Positions 10,746 to 20,738 of a stretch of 64,000 bases of DNA are shown here, piece by piece. The position numbers were made by a program, and so were the translations under genes. A model generated the notes under the pieces. The model saw only the letters and a program-made list of their open reading frames with translations. It was not told the origin of the DNA and did no database searches. Each line of letters opens with the position of its first letter. The stretch's first letter is position 1. Source of the stretch: Bacilli bacterium (lineage in GTDB: Bacteria; Bacillota_I; Bacilli_A; RFN20; CAG-826); the NCBI GenBank assembly GCA_041653015.1, contig JBAZGG010000006.1:574-64573 (forward strand). Reading direction: 5' to 3'.

Positions 10746-11384
10746 ATGTACGAATTTGTTTCTAAAAACGAATTAAAGCCCGTTAAAGCAAAAATTGATT
10801 TGATAATTAGAAATCTTCAGCGACTATTAAAACAAGACAAAATAACATTTAAATCTATTCTTGTCGGTAGCGCAAAGAAACATCTTGTCACAAGATTAGT
10901 GGATGGGAATAAGGGATTTGATTTCGATTATAATTTGTCACTTCAAAAATGCCCAGATAATATTTCTCCAAAAGAGCTTAAAACACTTTTTCTTAGTAGG
11001 TTAAATATCGTACTAGAAGATAGTGGATATAAAAAAGCCGAAAACAATACACAATCAATGACCATCAAGTTTCTTGATTCTAGAAATAGCAGAATTATTC
11101 ATTCTTGTGACATTGCTATTGTCAGCGATCATGAGGAAGAAGGAGAGACGTTTCAAAAGATACTGATTTTCGACAAATCGAATAAAAAATATATTTGGAA
11201 TAAACGGCCACTCGTGAAGAATTATTCCGCAAAATTATCAAGCATACTCAGCAATGGCTTGTGGCATGAGGTTAAAGAAGAATATTTAAATCTAAAGAAC
11301 ACTAACAATGATTCTGAAAAGAAATCATTTCAACTGTATCTGGAAGCTCTAAACAACGTGTACAACCATTATGACTGGAATTAA
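10746..11384 (+). CDS. Polβ-superfamily nucleotidyltransferase (SMODS/CD-NTase-like or MNT-like)
   Basis: GS...DxD active-site pattern (VGSAKKHLVTRLVDGNKGFDFDYNL) plus a third acidic residue on a later strand (HSCDIAIV). RBS AAGAAGGGA upstream. Confidence 0.55.
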   Translation: MYEFVSKNELKPVKAKIDLIIRNLQRLLKQDKITFKSILVGSAKKHLVTRLVDGNKGFDFDYNLSLQKCPDNISPKELKTLFLSRLNIVLEDSGYKKAENNTQSMTIKFLDSRNSRIIHSCDIAIVSDHEEEGETFQKILIFDKSNKKYIWNKRPLVKNYSAKLSSILSNGLWHEVKEEYLNLKNTNNDSEKKSFQLYLEALNNVYNHYDWN

Positions 11385-12099
11385 AGCAAAAAAACTTTCT
11401 TTGAATCTTTCAAAGGATGAATTCATTAAAAAAATGATTTTTCATACGGATGATGAAATTGAAAGATGTAAGAAGTACCTAGACTTGAAAGGCGTTGAAT
11501 ATCATATTGTACTTGCTAATTTTATTGGGTTGAATAACCATGGGAAGGTGGAATATAAGAAGGTTTCGTGCCTTTATCAATACGATAAAAGGATTCGAAA
11601 TATTCTTTACAAATATATATCTGCCTTTGAAGAAAGTATAAGAGCGTTTATATGCAATAAATATAGCCAAACAATTGATTCGTTCAAGAAAATTAGTGAA
11701 TCAATATGCGAAAGAATAAGCAGAGGTGGCAGTTTATCTCGTGAACTTGAAGATTTGGATTTAGGCAAGCTTTTGAATCTTGCTAAGAAGCTTTCGGCCG
11801 AAGAAAAAAGTAGATTGTTTGGCAAAACTGAAAAACTATCTGAAAACCTGAATGCAGTTAGGGAGTTGCGGAATGCAGTAAGTCATCATCGGCTACTATT
11901 CATTTATGAAGACTTTGAGACATGCTTTATCGATGGTAAAGAACTTGATTCCTTGCAAGCAAACATACTCAATCTTTATAAATTGATTAATCCCTATTAT
12001 CAAGAGTTTTTCAAAATAGCAATAAACGATGCGATTAAAGCCGACGATGATAGAGAATTTACAAACGCTATTCCAAAGACAGCTATTATTCGCATATGA
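11371..12099 (+). CDS. Abi_2 (AbiD/AbiF-like) HEPN-domain protein
   Basis: Rx4H HEPN motif in the Abi_2 context ELRNAVSHHRLLF. Overlaps the upstream nucleotidyltransferase by 14 nt (translational coupling). Confidence 0.55.
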   Translation: MTGIKAKKLSLNLSKDEFIKKMIFHTDDEIERCKKYLDLKGVEYHIVLANFIGLNNHGKVEYKKVSCLYQYDKRIRNILYKYISAFEESIRAFICNKYSQTIDSFKKISESICERISRGGSLSRELEDLDLGKLLNLAKKLSAEEKSRLFGKTEKLSENLNAVRELRNAVSHHRLLFIYEDFETCFIDGKELDSLQANILNLYKLINPYYQEFFKIAINDAIKADDDREFTNAIPKTAIIRI

Positions 12100-12211
12100 A
12101 AAAATATTGAAAGAATATGTTTATGTATAGGATGTCGGTTAAGAAGCCAAAAAGAGCGAAGAACAAAAATTTAAGGGTACTGATCGCGAGGCATATAATA
12201 CTGCTGGAAAA

Positions 12212-12760
12212 ATGCCGACAGCAAAATTTAGGAGTGTTGCTTACCATTTTGAAAAGTTGCGACACTCTTTGTCTTGTTTCAAACACAAAGAAATCCCAAC
12301 AATAAAGAAAATACAAATAAGCAATATCTCGAAATATACTCGTATGAAGAAATCTAAAAAATTGAAATACTTTGTCAAACGGAGATCCACAATAGTGGAA
12401 ACACCTGATTTTATTTCGCATGCAACAAAAAGAGTTATATTTAAGATTAGTCGGAAAATAGAAAAAATAATAATTCAATCCCTTTTTACAACAACAGAAA
12501 TAAATGCTATTTTCGTCATATATAAGACCATTAGAATAATTGTCGCCACAAAAAAGGTTATTGTGTCATTAGAAGGTTTTGTTAAAAATATCAGTCATAC
12601 AAGAGAATTCTTTACGTATTCTGAGGACGGACACTATGAAATCCTGGATGATTTAAAATCATTTTTAATAACACTTCAGTCAGGCAAAGAATTTGTCGAT
12701 AATATGAAGAAATTGTGCCAAACTATTGGATTAAAATACGAGCCTTTCAAGAAATCGTAG
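12212..12760 (+). CDS. Hypothetical Lys-rich protein (uncertain)
   Basis: ORF only, no motif. It overlaps an antisense ORF (12086-12478), so its reality is uncertain. Confidence 0.25.
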   Translation: MPTAKFRSVAYHFEKLRHSLSCFKHKEIPTIKKIQISNISKYTRMKKSKKLKYFVKRRSTIVETPDFISHATKRVIFKISRKIEKIIIQSLFTTTEINAIFVIYKTIRIIVATKKVIVSLEGFVKNISHTREFFTYSEDGHYEILDDLKSFLITLQSGKEFVDNMKKLCQTIGLKYEPFKKS

Positions 12761-13248
12761 CGAGCTTCAGATGTAACAAGCATAGTCAATACTATCTAAT
12801 TATTTTGAATCATTTTTATATCCAATATGTTAGTTATTTGATTGCGGAAATATGATAAATGAACGATTGAAGTTGACAAAATGCACATTATAAATACCAC
12901 GTTTCTTAATCTACACTTTTCGCTATGATTGATGGCTGTTGGCGGATCATTGCTGCTAACAGTTGTTCGCCACTTTGATCATAAATCACAGACACATTGT
13001 CTATAACACTTTGATTGAAGGCATCTTTGCCTTAATTAACTCAGTGCTTTTTAATTGCCCATAAACCTACGCCGAGTGGGAAAAGTTGTTAAAATGTTTT
13101 TCCTATGTTAAATAATGAAATCATGTGAATGCCAATGGTTGTACAACATCAAATTTGATATCTATTAATGTAAACGTTGCTAAATTTAGATTTTATGTTT
13201 ACAAAATGAGTTAAGCAATAATATACTTGAAAAAGAATAGGAGTATTT

Positions 13249-13848
13249 ATGAAAAATCAAAAGAGTATTTTAACGATTACCGCTCTAGCTCTTTTATGTA
13301 TCCCGATTGGCAAAATTCTCATCGACACAGGTCACATCTCTTTGATCGATGGTGCGAATGCTGATATCACAAAATATACAGTTCGACTCGATTCGACCAA
13401 TACGCCATCATTTTTAGGTGAGAGCTCTCTCGGATCAAATGAAATGGCAACGCCTAGTCGAAGTGTTCCATGGGTATATTACTCTGGATCTCGCACTTAT
13501 CCAGGCGCTCATATGGCCGTCGGTGATCTCTTGACTGGCTCGCAACAATTTACTTCTAGCTCTGTGAATTTTACTGGTGCGATCAGCGTGACGATCGATT
13601 GGACCTTGCTCAACGATTTGAATCCGCACGATGTTTCTGTGATGCTTTACAGACCCGGAGTCTATCCGATGAATATTTTATATTTCGATGGATTAACCTC
13701 TCCTCATACCTTTACGAGAACGGATATGGGCGCCGCTTATAAATCTCTTCATATCGGTCTTCAATTTTTCACGAATGAATCCGCTCCTGATGCGATTTTC
13801 GTCCTAAACTCTCTTGAAGTGGTGTACGACTGTATTCCCGTTTCTTAA
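13249..13848 (+). CDS. Secreted protein, paralog A of a duplicated family
   Basis: Signal peptide, then conserved blocks shared with the convergent ORF 14017-14631: YTxRLDSTNTPxFL, TPSRSVxW, LTSPHTFTRxD, AIFVLNxLEVVYDCIP. Confidence 0.55.
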   Translation: MKNQKSILTITALALLCIPIGKILIDTGHISLIDGANADITKYTVRLDSTNTPSFLGESSLGSNEMATPSRSVPWVYYSGSRTYPGAHMAVGDLLTGSQQFTSSSVNFTGAISVTIDWTLLNDLNPHDVSVMLYRPGVYPMNILYFDGLTSPHTFTRTDMGAAYKSLHIGLQFFTNESAPDAIFVLNSLEVVYDCIPVS

Positions 13849-14016
13849 TCGACAAAGATAATCGACATTATAAAAAGTGCGAGTTCAATTGAATTCGTGT
13901 TTTTTAATATACTGTTCTGTTAACCGAGAAATGGTGCAGATTTTTTAAACTATTAAAACTATAAAAGCGCCCCGCTGATTATATAGCGGAACGTTTTACT
14001 ATGCGATTGATGATAT

Positions 14017-14631
14017 CTAAGCAGCGGGAATGCAGTCGTAAACAATCTCTAAATAATTGAGAACGAAGATTGCATTTGGTGCGCCGATATCTGCTTGAAC
14101 CTGCAATACCATCTGAAGCGATGAATAGGGATCGCCGATATCGGCTCTTGTAAAAGTGTGAGGTGATGTCAGCCCATTAAGATTCAAATAAGTTGGAGGA
14201 ATAATAAATTCTCCTCCAACAGGATAGCAATTCATATTGATATTGCTTCCAGTTAAACCATTGAGAGCCATCCAGCTGACTGGTATGCTCAAGACACCAG
14301 TGATGGGAATGCTGGCATTGTTTCCTAAACTTCGAACACTAGCTAAATCTGTCATAGCGAGGTGCGCTTCAGGATATGATGTCATCCCTGTTTCATATGA
14401 CCACACGACGCTACGACTTGGTGTTGAAAATAGATATGATCCAGTAGGAAGTGGCTCCTCGCTCAAAAATTCTGGAGTGTTGGTCGAGTCTAGTCTAATG
14501 GTGTATTCGGTTAATTTTGCCCCTGCCATATCCGCGACAGAGAAGTGACTCGTATCGACGAAAAGAAGAGCTAATGGGATGCACAAAGCGATCAGACCAT
14601 TAGCCACAAAAAACCATTTTTGTTTTTTCAT
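14017..14631 (-). CDS. Secreted protein, paralog B
   Basis: Same conserved blocks as 13249-13848. Convergent orientation, with a hairpin (CCGCT...AGCGG) between the two stop codons. Confidence 0.55.
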   Translation of the reverse strand: MKKQKWFFVANGLIALCIPLALLFVDTSHFSVADMAGAKLTEYTIRLDSTNTPEFLSEEPLPTGSYLFSTPSRSVVWSYETGMTSYPEAHLAMTDLASVRSLGNNASIPITGVLSIPVSWMALNGLTGSNINMNCYPVGGEFIIPPTYLNLNGLTSPHTFTRADIGDPYSSLQMVLQVQADIGAPNAIFVLNYLEIVYDCIPAA

Positions 14632-14940
14632 AATATTCGTCTCCTCATACAGAGCATTAATTATTTTATTTACGCATGTTTATGCTGAAAATCAAATATT
14701 ATCATAGCCTTATCTTGTCAAATTGTGCTCTTTTGACACAATTATGTCGCAACTTTAAAAAGTTGTTTCACTAGATAGACTTCACATCGAATTTAATGAG
14801 TTCAATCTATCGCATAGTTCAAGCGTTTTTAATCGCGATGTTTTAACAGCATTATGTTTTCGTAATTGATGAAGGCACATAAGTATTATGAATCGCGTTT
14901 TTTATTAGTTTTGTCGTATCAAAACTGATAATATTAAGAC

Positions 14941-15915
14941 ATGAATAATGAAATTGAAGTGTCAGTCATTGTTCCTGTTTACAATTCGATCAAATACATT
15001 CGTCCTTGTCTGGATTCAATCTTAAATCAAGATTTTCCTCACAGATATGAAATACTGATTTCTTTTTATCCATCGACCGATGGGACGGATGAGATAATCG
15101 GTGAATATGAGAAGCAGAATAGTTCAATCACGCTTATAAAAAATTCACAGAGAGGGATTAGCTTCTCACGATTCGACGCTTTGAAACACGCGCGTGGTAA
15201 ATATATATATTTTGTTGACGCTGATGATTTTATCGCTCCGACGACACTCAAGGTGCTACACGAGCTTTTAGAGGCATATGATGCCGATATATCGCATTGC
15301 AATTTCTACGTCATCGAAAATAGGAATGGCGTTGATGAAATAAAACTCAATCCCTTTTCTTTAGATGGAGTGTTCGATAAATATCAAGCGATAAGGTATT
15401 TGCAACAAGACACCAAAATACGGAGTTTCTTTTGGACGAAGATGTTTAAAAGAGAACTATTTGAAAACCTACCTTACGATCTCCATTTGGAAAATTGGCA
15501 AGGGATGTTCGATGATGCCTTCCCCAACTTCGTCTTGTTCTCTTCCGCTAAAAAGGTTGTTTCGACAAGCAAGCCTCTCTACTATTATCGAAAGGGGCAG
15601 GAAGGCAGCGATTCTTCAAAGCTCAATCCGAAGCGAATGAATTATCATATCGACGCCTATGCCCTAGAGAGATATTTTATCGATTTATCAAATGATAAAA
15701 AGCTCTTTAAAGAGTATCGCCACACGGTATCTCGTTATCGCTGGACATTATATTTTGATGCTTATGTCTCTCGAAAGATTCCCAATTATCATTTTTGGAA
15801 AGAGATTAAAAACGCTAATCGAATGTTGAAGCTATTTAAGCGCAAAGAAAACATTCCTGTTTCTGGATATGAATATGAAAATAACCTCAAGCGCGTTTTT
15901 AATATAAAAAAGTAG
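14941..15915 (+). CDS. Family 2 glycosyltransferase
   Basis: VSVIVPVYNSIKYIRPCLDSILNQDF and YFVDADD (DXD) motifs. Confidence 0.7.
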   Translation: MNNEIEVSVIVPVYNSIKYIRPCLDSILNQDFPHRYEILISFYPSTDGTDEIIGEYEKQNSSITLIKNSQRGISFSRFDALKHARGKYIYFVDADDFIAPTTLKVLHELLEAYDADISHCNFYVIENRNGVDEIKLNPFSLDGVFDKYQAIRYLQQDTKIRSFFWTKMFKRELFENLPYDLHLENWQGMFDDAFPNFVLFSSAKKVVSTSKPLYYYRKGQEGSDSSKLNPKRMNYHIDAYALERYFIDLSNDKKLFKEYRHTVSRYRWTLYFDAYVSRKIPNYHFWKEIKNANRMLKLFKRKENIPVSGYEYENNLKRVFNIKK

Positions 15916-15924
15916 TGGTCAACT

Positions 15925-17877
15925 ATGGATAGATCGAGCAAGAGATATCTTAAAAAATTAATACGAACGTCTCTCGACAGATTGAAATCGAGCGATTATT
16001 CTTTTTCGGCGATTTACGATGTGATTTTTTCTTTTTCAGACGAGACCTATTTTGAGACGTCGAATAATGGCATCATCGAGAAAATAACCTATGGACAAGT
16101 CCATGAGAAAATAGAGCGCGCCAAAAGCGCCATCGCGCATAGATTAGAAGGCATTCCAGCTCACTCCTTTGTCGCTCTCAAGTTGGATAATTGTGAAAAC
16201 TGGGTCATCGCTTTTTGGGCTATTCTCAAATCTGGATATCGCCCTTTTCTCGTCAACACGAGGATGAGCGATAGCTTTAATGATCAACTATTGAAGGCGC
16301 TCGATATCAAAGCCGTTATCAGCGATGCCCCCTTTCTTAACTATCTATTTGTTGATGTTAAAGAACTCGCCTACGCTGGTTTATCAGATATCGATTGTCA
16401 GTGGGCGGATGAGATCGCTCTTTCTACTTCGGGAACGACGGGCAAACCAAAAGTTTGCGTCTATGATGGCAGAGCCATATCGATGCAAATATTGAACTCG
16501 GAATACGCATTGAAAGAGAATTGGACGTTAGCGTCTTTTGACAAAAAAGAATTCAAACATTTAGCCTTCCTGCCTTTCTATCATATTTTCGGTCTGACCG
16601 CTTTGCTCTTATGGTTCTCATTTTTTGGGCGAACATTTGTGTTTTTAAAGGATATTAGCCCAACGACGATTGCGAATACATGCCAAAGGCATAACATCAC
16701 CATTTTCTTCTCTATTCCGATGGTGTGGAACCTCACCGCGCAATCGCTGATTAAAGAAGTGGAAAAACAGGATAAAAAAACGATCGATAAATTTTATCGA
16801 GGTCTTAAAATATCTAACGATTTGCAATCAGCATTCCCTAAAATAGGAAAAAGATTCGCTATTCGCGCTTTTAGAAGCGTTCGTGAAAAGATGTTTGGCA
16901 ACGGCTTAAAATTCGCCATCAGCGGTGGTGGATATATTCCGCAAAAAACACTCTATATAATGAATGGCTTAGGATATTCGCTCTACAATGGTTACGGAAC
17001 GACGGAAATCGGCATCACATCTGTCGAATTGCGCTACTCGAGCAAATGTCGCAATCTAGGTTCGATTGGAAAATCCTTCCCCTCTGTTCAATATCGAATA
17101 AGCGATGGTGAACTATTGGTTAAAGGCAGTTCGTTACATAAAGGTCTATACATCGATAATAAATATATCTTAAGAGATCATGATGAGTTCTATCATACTG
17201 GCGATGTCGCATCGATCGATAATCGTGGTTATTACTATATTAAAGGGCGCAAAGATGATCTGTTCATCGATGACTCTGGCGAGTTGATCTCCCCCGATTA
17301 TGTCGAGAGCTATTTCTCAAGTCCGTATCTGAGCTCGCTCTGCGTGCTGGGAGTCGTTGAGAATGGAAAAGAGGAATTGACGCTTGTCTTTGAACCAAAG
17401 ATAGGTATCAATCCATATCAAGAAGCGAAGCTGTACGAACACATAAAAAAGGCGAATCAGAACATTCCTGATTTCATGAAGATCAAATCGTTCCGCAAAT
17501 CTCTTAAAGAACTGCCTCAAGTGATCAAAGGCACCATCCAACGGCAAGTGTTAAAACGCGATATCGAGATTTCTCCAAGCGATTATCCGAGCATAAATAT
17601 CGCATCGCTAAAAGAGATCGGTGATGAACAGATCACGGATATCGAGCGATCGCTGACGGATGAAATCTGTCTCATCTTCGCATCCTGCTTCAATCTATCG
17701 CCTCGCGAAGTAAAAGCGGATTCCGACTTCTTGTATGATTTGCATGGCACTTCGATGCAATACTTTGAAATCGTTCACACCATCGCTGATAAATACAACA
17801 TCGAATTCACCTTTGAGAAGAATGACATCGTCACCACACCGCGACAGTTCGCTCGTCTAGTCATGAGGAAATCATAA
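15925..17877 (+). CDS. Adenylation (AMP-binding) enzyme fused to a C-terminal carrier-protein (PCP/ACP-like) domain
   Basis: Core motif LSTSGTTGKPKVCVY and YHTGD... in the N-terminal ~500 aa. The C-terminal ~80 aa carries a carrier-like serine motif DSDFLYDLHGTSMQYFEI. Confidence 0.65.
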   Translation: MDRSSKRYLKKLIRTSLDRLKSSDYSFSAIYDVIFSFSDETYFETSNNGIIEKITYGQVHEKIERAKSAIAHRLEGIPAHSFVALKLDNCENWVIAFWAILKSGYRPFLVNTRMSDSFNDQLLKALDIKAVISDAPFLNYLFVDVKELAYAGLSDIDCQWADEIALSTSGTTGKPKVCVYDGRAISMQILNSEYALKENWTLASFDKKEFKHLAFLPFYHIFGLTALLLWFSFFGRTFVFLKDISPTTIANTCQRHNITIFFSIPMVWNLTAQSLIKEVEKQDKKTIDKFYRGLKISNDLQSAFPKIGKRFAIRAFRSVREKMFGNGLKFAISGGGYIPQKTLYIMNGLGYSLYNGYGTTEIGITSVELRYSSKCRNLGSIGKSFPSVQYRISDGELLVKGSSLHKGLYIDNKYILRDHDEFYHTGDVASIDNRGYYYIKGRKDDLFIDDSGELISPDYVESYFSSPYLSSLCVLGVVENGKEELTLVFEPKIGINPYQEAKLYEHIKKANQNIPDFMKIKSFRKSLKELPQVIKGTIQRQVLKRDIEISPSDYPSINIASLKEIGDEQITDIERSLTDEICLIFASCFNLSPREVKADSDFLYDLHGTSMQYFEIVHTIADKYNIEFTFEKNDIVTTPRQFARLVMRKS

Positions 17878-19199
17878 TGTTTTCCGCTCTTTTTCGTTTT
17901 TTGGTGAAGGTGACGAGCTATCCTGTCGCCCTCTTATTTTTTAAAACAAAAACATATTATGAGAGTTCAAAGAAAGAATCGAAAATTGGCCGTGGACCGG
18001 CGATCATCATGTCCAATCACACCTCCGCTTACGATTTTATTATGCTCATCTTTAAATTTCCTTTTAGGAAGCTGCGATTTTTAATCGGCGAACTCGTCTA
18101 CAAAAATAAGTTCAACGCCTGGATCTGCAATCGCTTTTTATGCATCAAGGCCGATAAGACCAGTGGCGATATGCGCTATATGAATGAAGCGGTGAAGACA
18201 TTGAACAAAGGCGGAATCGTCGGCACCTTCCCCGAAGGGCACATGATTCACGATGGCAAGATCGATACTTTTAAACCGAGCGTCGTTTATTTGGCTTTAG
18301 CCACTGGCGCTCCTATCATTCCTGTCTATACGAACGGACGATATTCATTTAAGCACCGAACTCGCATCAATATTGGCAAGAAAATATATCTTCGCGATTA
18401 TTGTTCTAATTTAAATCCCAGCCCGGAAGAAGTAGAGGCGCTATGCCACATGCTCAACAGCAAAGTGAAAGAGCTTCAGAAACAAGAGAGATTATTTGAG
18501 CAGTATCACACCCAAAACATCATCGACTTCAAATGGTTTGTTTTAGATTTAGTAAAACTCTCTTCGCTTTTTATCATTCCAAAAATCTATATCGTCTTTC
18601 CGACGAAGAAGCATTATGTTCAAGGCGCCTCTCACAAATTGTTGCACATTCATGGTCGCGGCATCATCATGTCTAATCACTCGAGTTTTATCGATCCCAT
18701 CATGATGCATATCTATTACTATAAGCGGCGAATTAGAATCGTGGCGGCGGAAGAGTTATTCTATCAGACACCGCCGATAACGCGTTGGTTTCTAAAGAAG
18801 ATTGATTGCATTGAGTATCGGCGCATCTCACAGAATAATGTCGACATTAAAATGTTTGGTGAATGCGCTAATGTCTTGCGCGCTAATGGCATCGTTGGGA
18901 TATTTCCGGAAGGCCATATCGAACAAGAAAAGGATATGATGGAATTTCAAGGCGGAGTAGTTTTGATGGCTCTCGTCAGCGACTCTCTGATCTATCCTTA
19001 TTATCTCGTCGATCAATATCGCGCCTTTAAGATGCAACACGTTATTTTTGGGCCGCCGATCAATCTTAAAGATTACTATGAAAAAGGAACGCCGATCGAT
19101 GTCAATTTGGTCAATCGCCTAACCATCATAGTGTCGAAGAAGATGGCGGAACTTAAAGATGAAGGTGTAAAATTACTATCAAGACCTAAAAAACATTGA
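17877..19199 (+). CDS. Tandem-domain lysophospholipid / glycerol-3-phosphate-type acyltransferase (two PlsC/LPLAT domains)
   Basis: Two HX4D motifs (SNHTSAYDF and SNHSSFIDP), each followed by an FPEG motif (GTFPEGHM, GIFPEGHI). Start overlaps the upstream stop (ATAATG). Confidence 0.7.
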   Translation: MFSALFRFLVKVTSYPVALLFFKTKTYYESSKKESKIGRGPAIIMSNHTSAYDFIMLIFKFPFRKLRFLIGELVYKNKFNAWICNRFLCIKADKTSGDMRYMNEAVKTLNKGGIVGTFPEGHMIHDGKIDTFKPSVVYLALATGAPIIPVYTNGRYSFKHRTRINIGKKIYLRDYCSNLNPSPEEVEALCHMLNSKVKELQKQERLFEQYHTQNIIDFKWFVLDLVKLSSLFIIPKIYIVFPTKKHYVQGASHKLLHIHGRGIIMSNHSSFIDPIMMHIYYYKRRIRIVAAEELFYQTPPITRWFLKKIDCIEYRRISQNNVDIKMFGECANVLRANGIVGIFPEGHIEQEKDMMEFQGGVVLMALVSDSLIYPYYLVDQYRAFKMQHVIFGPPINLKDYYEKGTPIDVNLVNRLTIIVSKKMAELKDEGVKLLSRPKKH

Positions 19200-19220
19200 A
19201 ATATTAATGGAGGTATTAAT

Positions 19221-20738
19221 ATGTTGGATCGCATCGCTTATTTCAAAGGTATTCTCGCTCCGGGAGATTTTGAAAAATTAAAAAGGTATAAAACGATCAA
19301 TGAATTATTGGAAGACGTCTGCCACAGATATGCAGATGAAGCCGCGATCAAATGGAATGCCGGTTCAAAGACGTATGGCGAATTATATGCCGAAGTGGCC
19401 AAGACTCGTGGTCTTTTGCTATCAAAAGGGCTTAAAAAAGGTAATCACGTCGGCGTGATGTTCTATAACGAATATGATTTCGTTCGCAGCATTCTCGCCG
19501 TGACGACTTTGGGAATGGTGGCTGTGGTCATGCCCACCTCTCTTCCGCCACAGGTCATCTTTGGACTATCTCATAAGTTTAAATTGGATGGACTAGTCTA
19601 TGCTAGCGATGTCGAAAGCAATGTTTCTGCCGCTAAAGCGATGAGCTTAAAAATTTCCTTCGTCAACGCTTCTGAACTCAGTTTAGGCGCGGCTGCTCCT
19701 ATGGAGAAAGTCGAGCTGAACACACCTGCTGTCATCATGTTTACCGGTGGCACAACCGGTGCGCCAAAAGGTGCTATATTGAGCCATGGCAATCTATGCC
19801 GAGGTGCTCTCAATGGCACTTATGGTCCAGGTCGCGCTTTCAAACGAAGATATCTATCTTTAATTCCATTTACACACGTATTTGGTCTCGTGCGAAATCT
19901 ATTGAGCGTCTTAGAGACGGGCTCATCGTTATATCTAGTGAAAGATTCCTCAGCCTTTGTTAAGGAGATGGCCATCGCCAAGCCTGAAGCGATGGTGTTA
20001 GTTCCAGCTTTAGCCAATATGGTCTATGGTCTTGTCATGGCGTATGGAAAAGGAATTTTAGGCGGTTCTCTCGAGTTCATCATCTGTGGTGGCTCAGTCG
20101 TCTCTCCGGAGTTGATCAATCGCCTTTTAAGCGTCGGCATCATCTGCTGCCCAGGCTATGGATTGACGGAGACCGCCAACCTCGTCAGCGGCTCTGGTGA
20201 ATATGCGAGAAAACCCGCTTCAGTAGGCTGTCCATATCCCGATCAACAACTAAAAGTTGTCAACGGCGAACTGTGGATTAAGGGCGATAATGTCTTCTTG
20301 GGTTACTATGGTGATGAAGAAGCGACAAAACAAGTGTTTGAGGATGGCTGGTTCAAAACTGGCGATCTCGTCTATTTTGATGATGAAGGATTCTTATATA
20401 TCATCGGTCGAAGCAAAAACTTAATCGTGCTAGATAGTGGAGAAAAAGTTTCTCCAGAAGCGTTGGAAGCGCTCGTCAACGCCAATCCTCTCGTCGCTGA
20501 TTCCGAAGTGTATCAGACTCGGGATGAACACGGCACTCAGATCATCGGAGTGGAGATTTTTCCAAATATGCGCGCTCTCGAAGCTAAACAGATAAAAAAT
20601 CCGCAGGAGATGATACAGAAAATAGTAGATGGGATAAATGTCTCTCTCGCTAAGCACGAGAAGATTAGACAAGTCATCGTTCGCGACAAAGATTTTCCTC
20701 GAACGCCAGCGATGAAGATTATAAGGAGTAAACGCTAG
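19221..20738 (+). CDS. AMP-dependent synthetase/ligase (fatty-acyl-CoA / acyl-ACP synthetase-like)
   Basis: MFTGGTTGAPKGAILSHGNL adenylate-forming core, a GYGLTE motif, and WFKTGDL near the C-terminus. Confidence 0.75.
   Translation: MLDRIAYFKGILAPGDFEKLKRYKTINELLEDVCHRYADEAAIKWNAGSKTYGELYAEVAKTRGLLLSKGLKKGNHVGVMFYNEYDFVRSILAVTTLGMVAVVMPTSLPPQVIFGLSHKFKLDGLVYASDVESNVSAAKAMSLKISFVNASELSLGAAAPMEKVELNTPAVIMFTGGTTGAPKGAILSHGNLCRGALNGTYGPGRAFKRRYLSLIPFTHVFGLVRNLLSVLETGSSLYLVKDSSAFVKEMAIAKPEAMVLVPALANMVYGLVMAYGKGILGGSLEFIICGGSVVSPELINRLLSVGIICCPGYGLTETANLVSGSGEYARKPASVGCPYPDQQLKVVNGELWIKGDNVFLGYYGDEEATKQVFEDGWFKTGDLVYFDDEGFLYIIGRSKNLIVLDSGEKVSPEALEALVNANPLVADSEVYQTRDEHGTQIIGVEIFPNMRALEAKQIKNPQEMIQKIVDGINVSLAKHEKIRQVIVRDKDFPRTPAMKIIRSKR

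Noticed and set aside
12086-12478. Minus-strand ORF 12086-12478
   Set aside because: It overlaps the plus-strand ORF 12212-12760 and the end of the HEPN gene. Its translation is a Phe/Tyr/Cys-rich antisense-type sequence. Neither ORF is secure, and only the plus one is listed, at low confidence.
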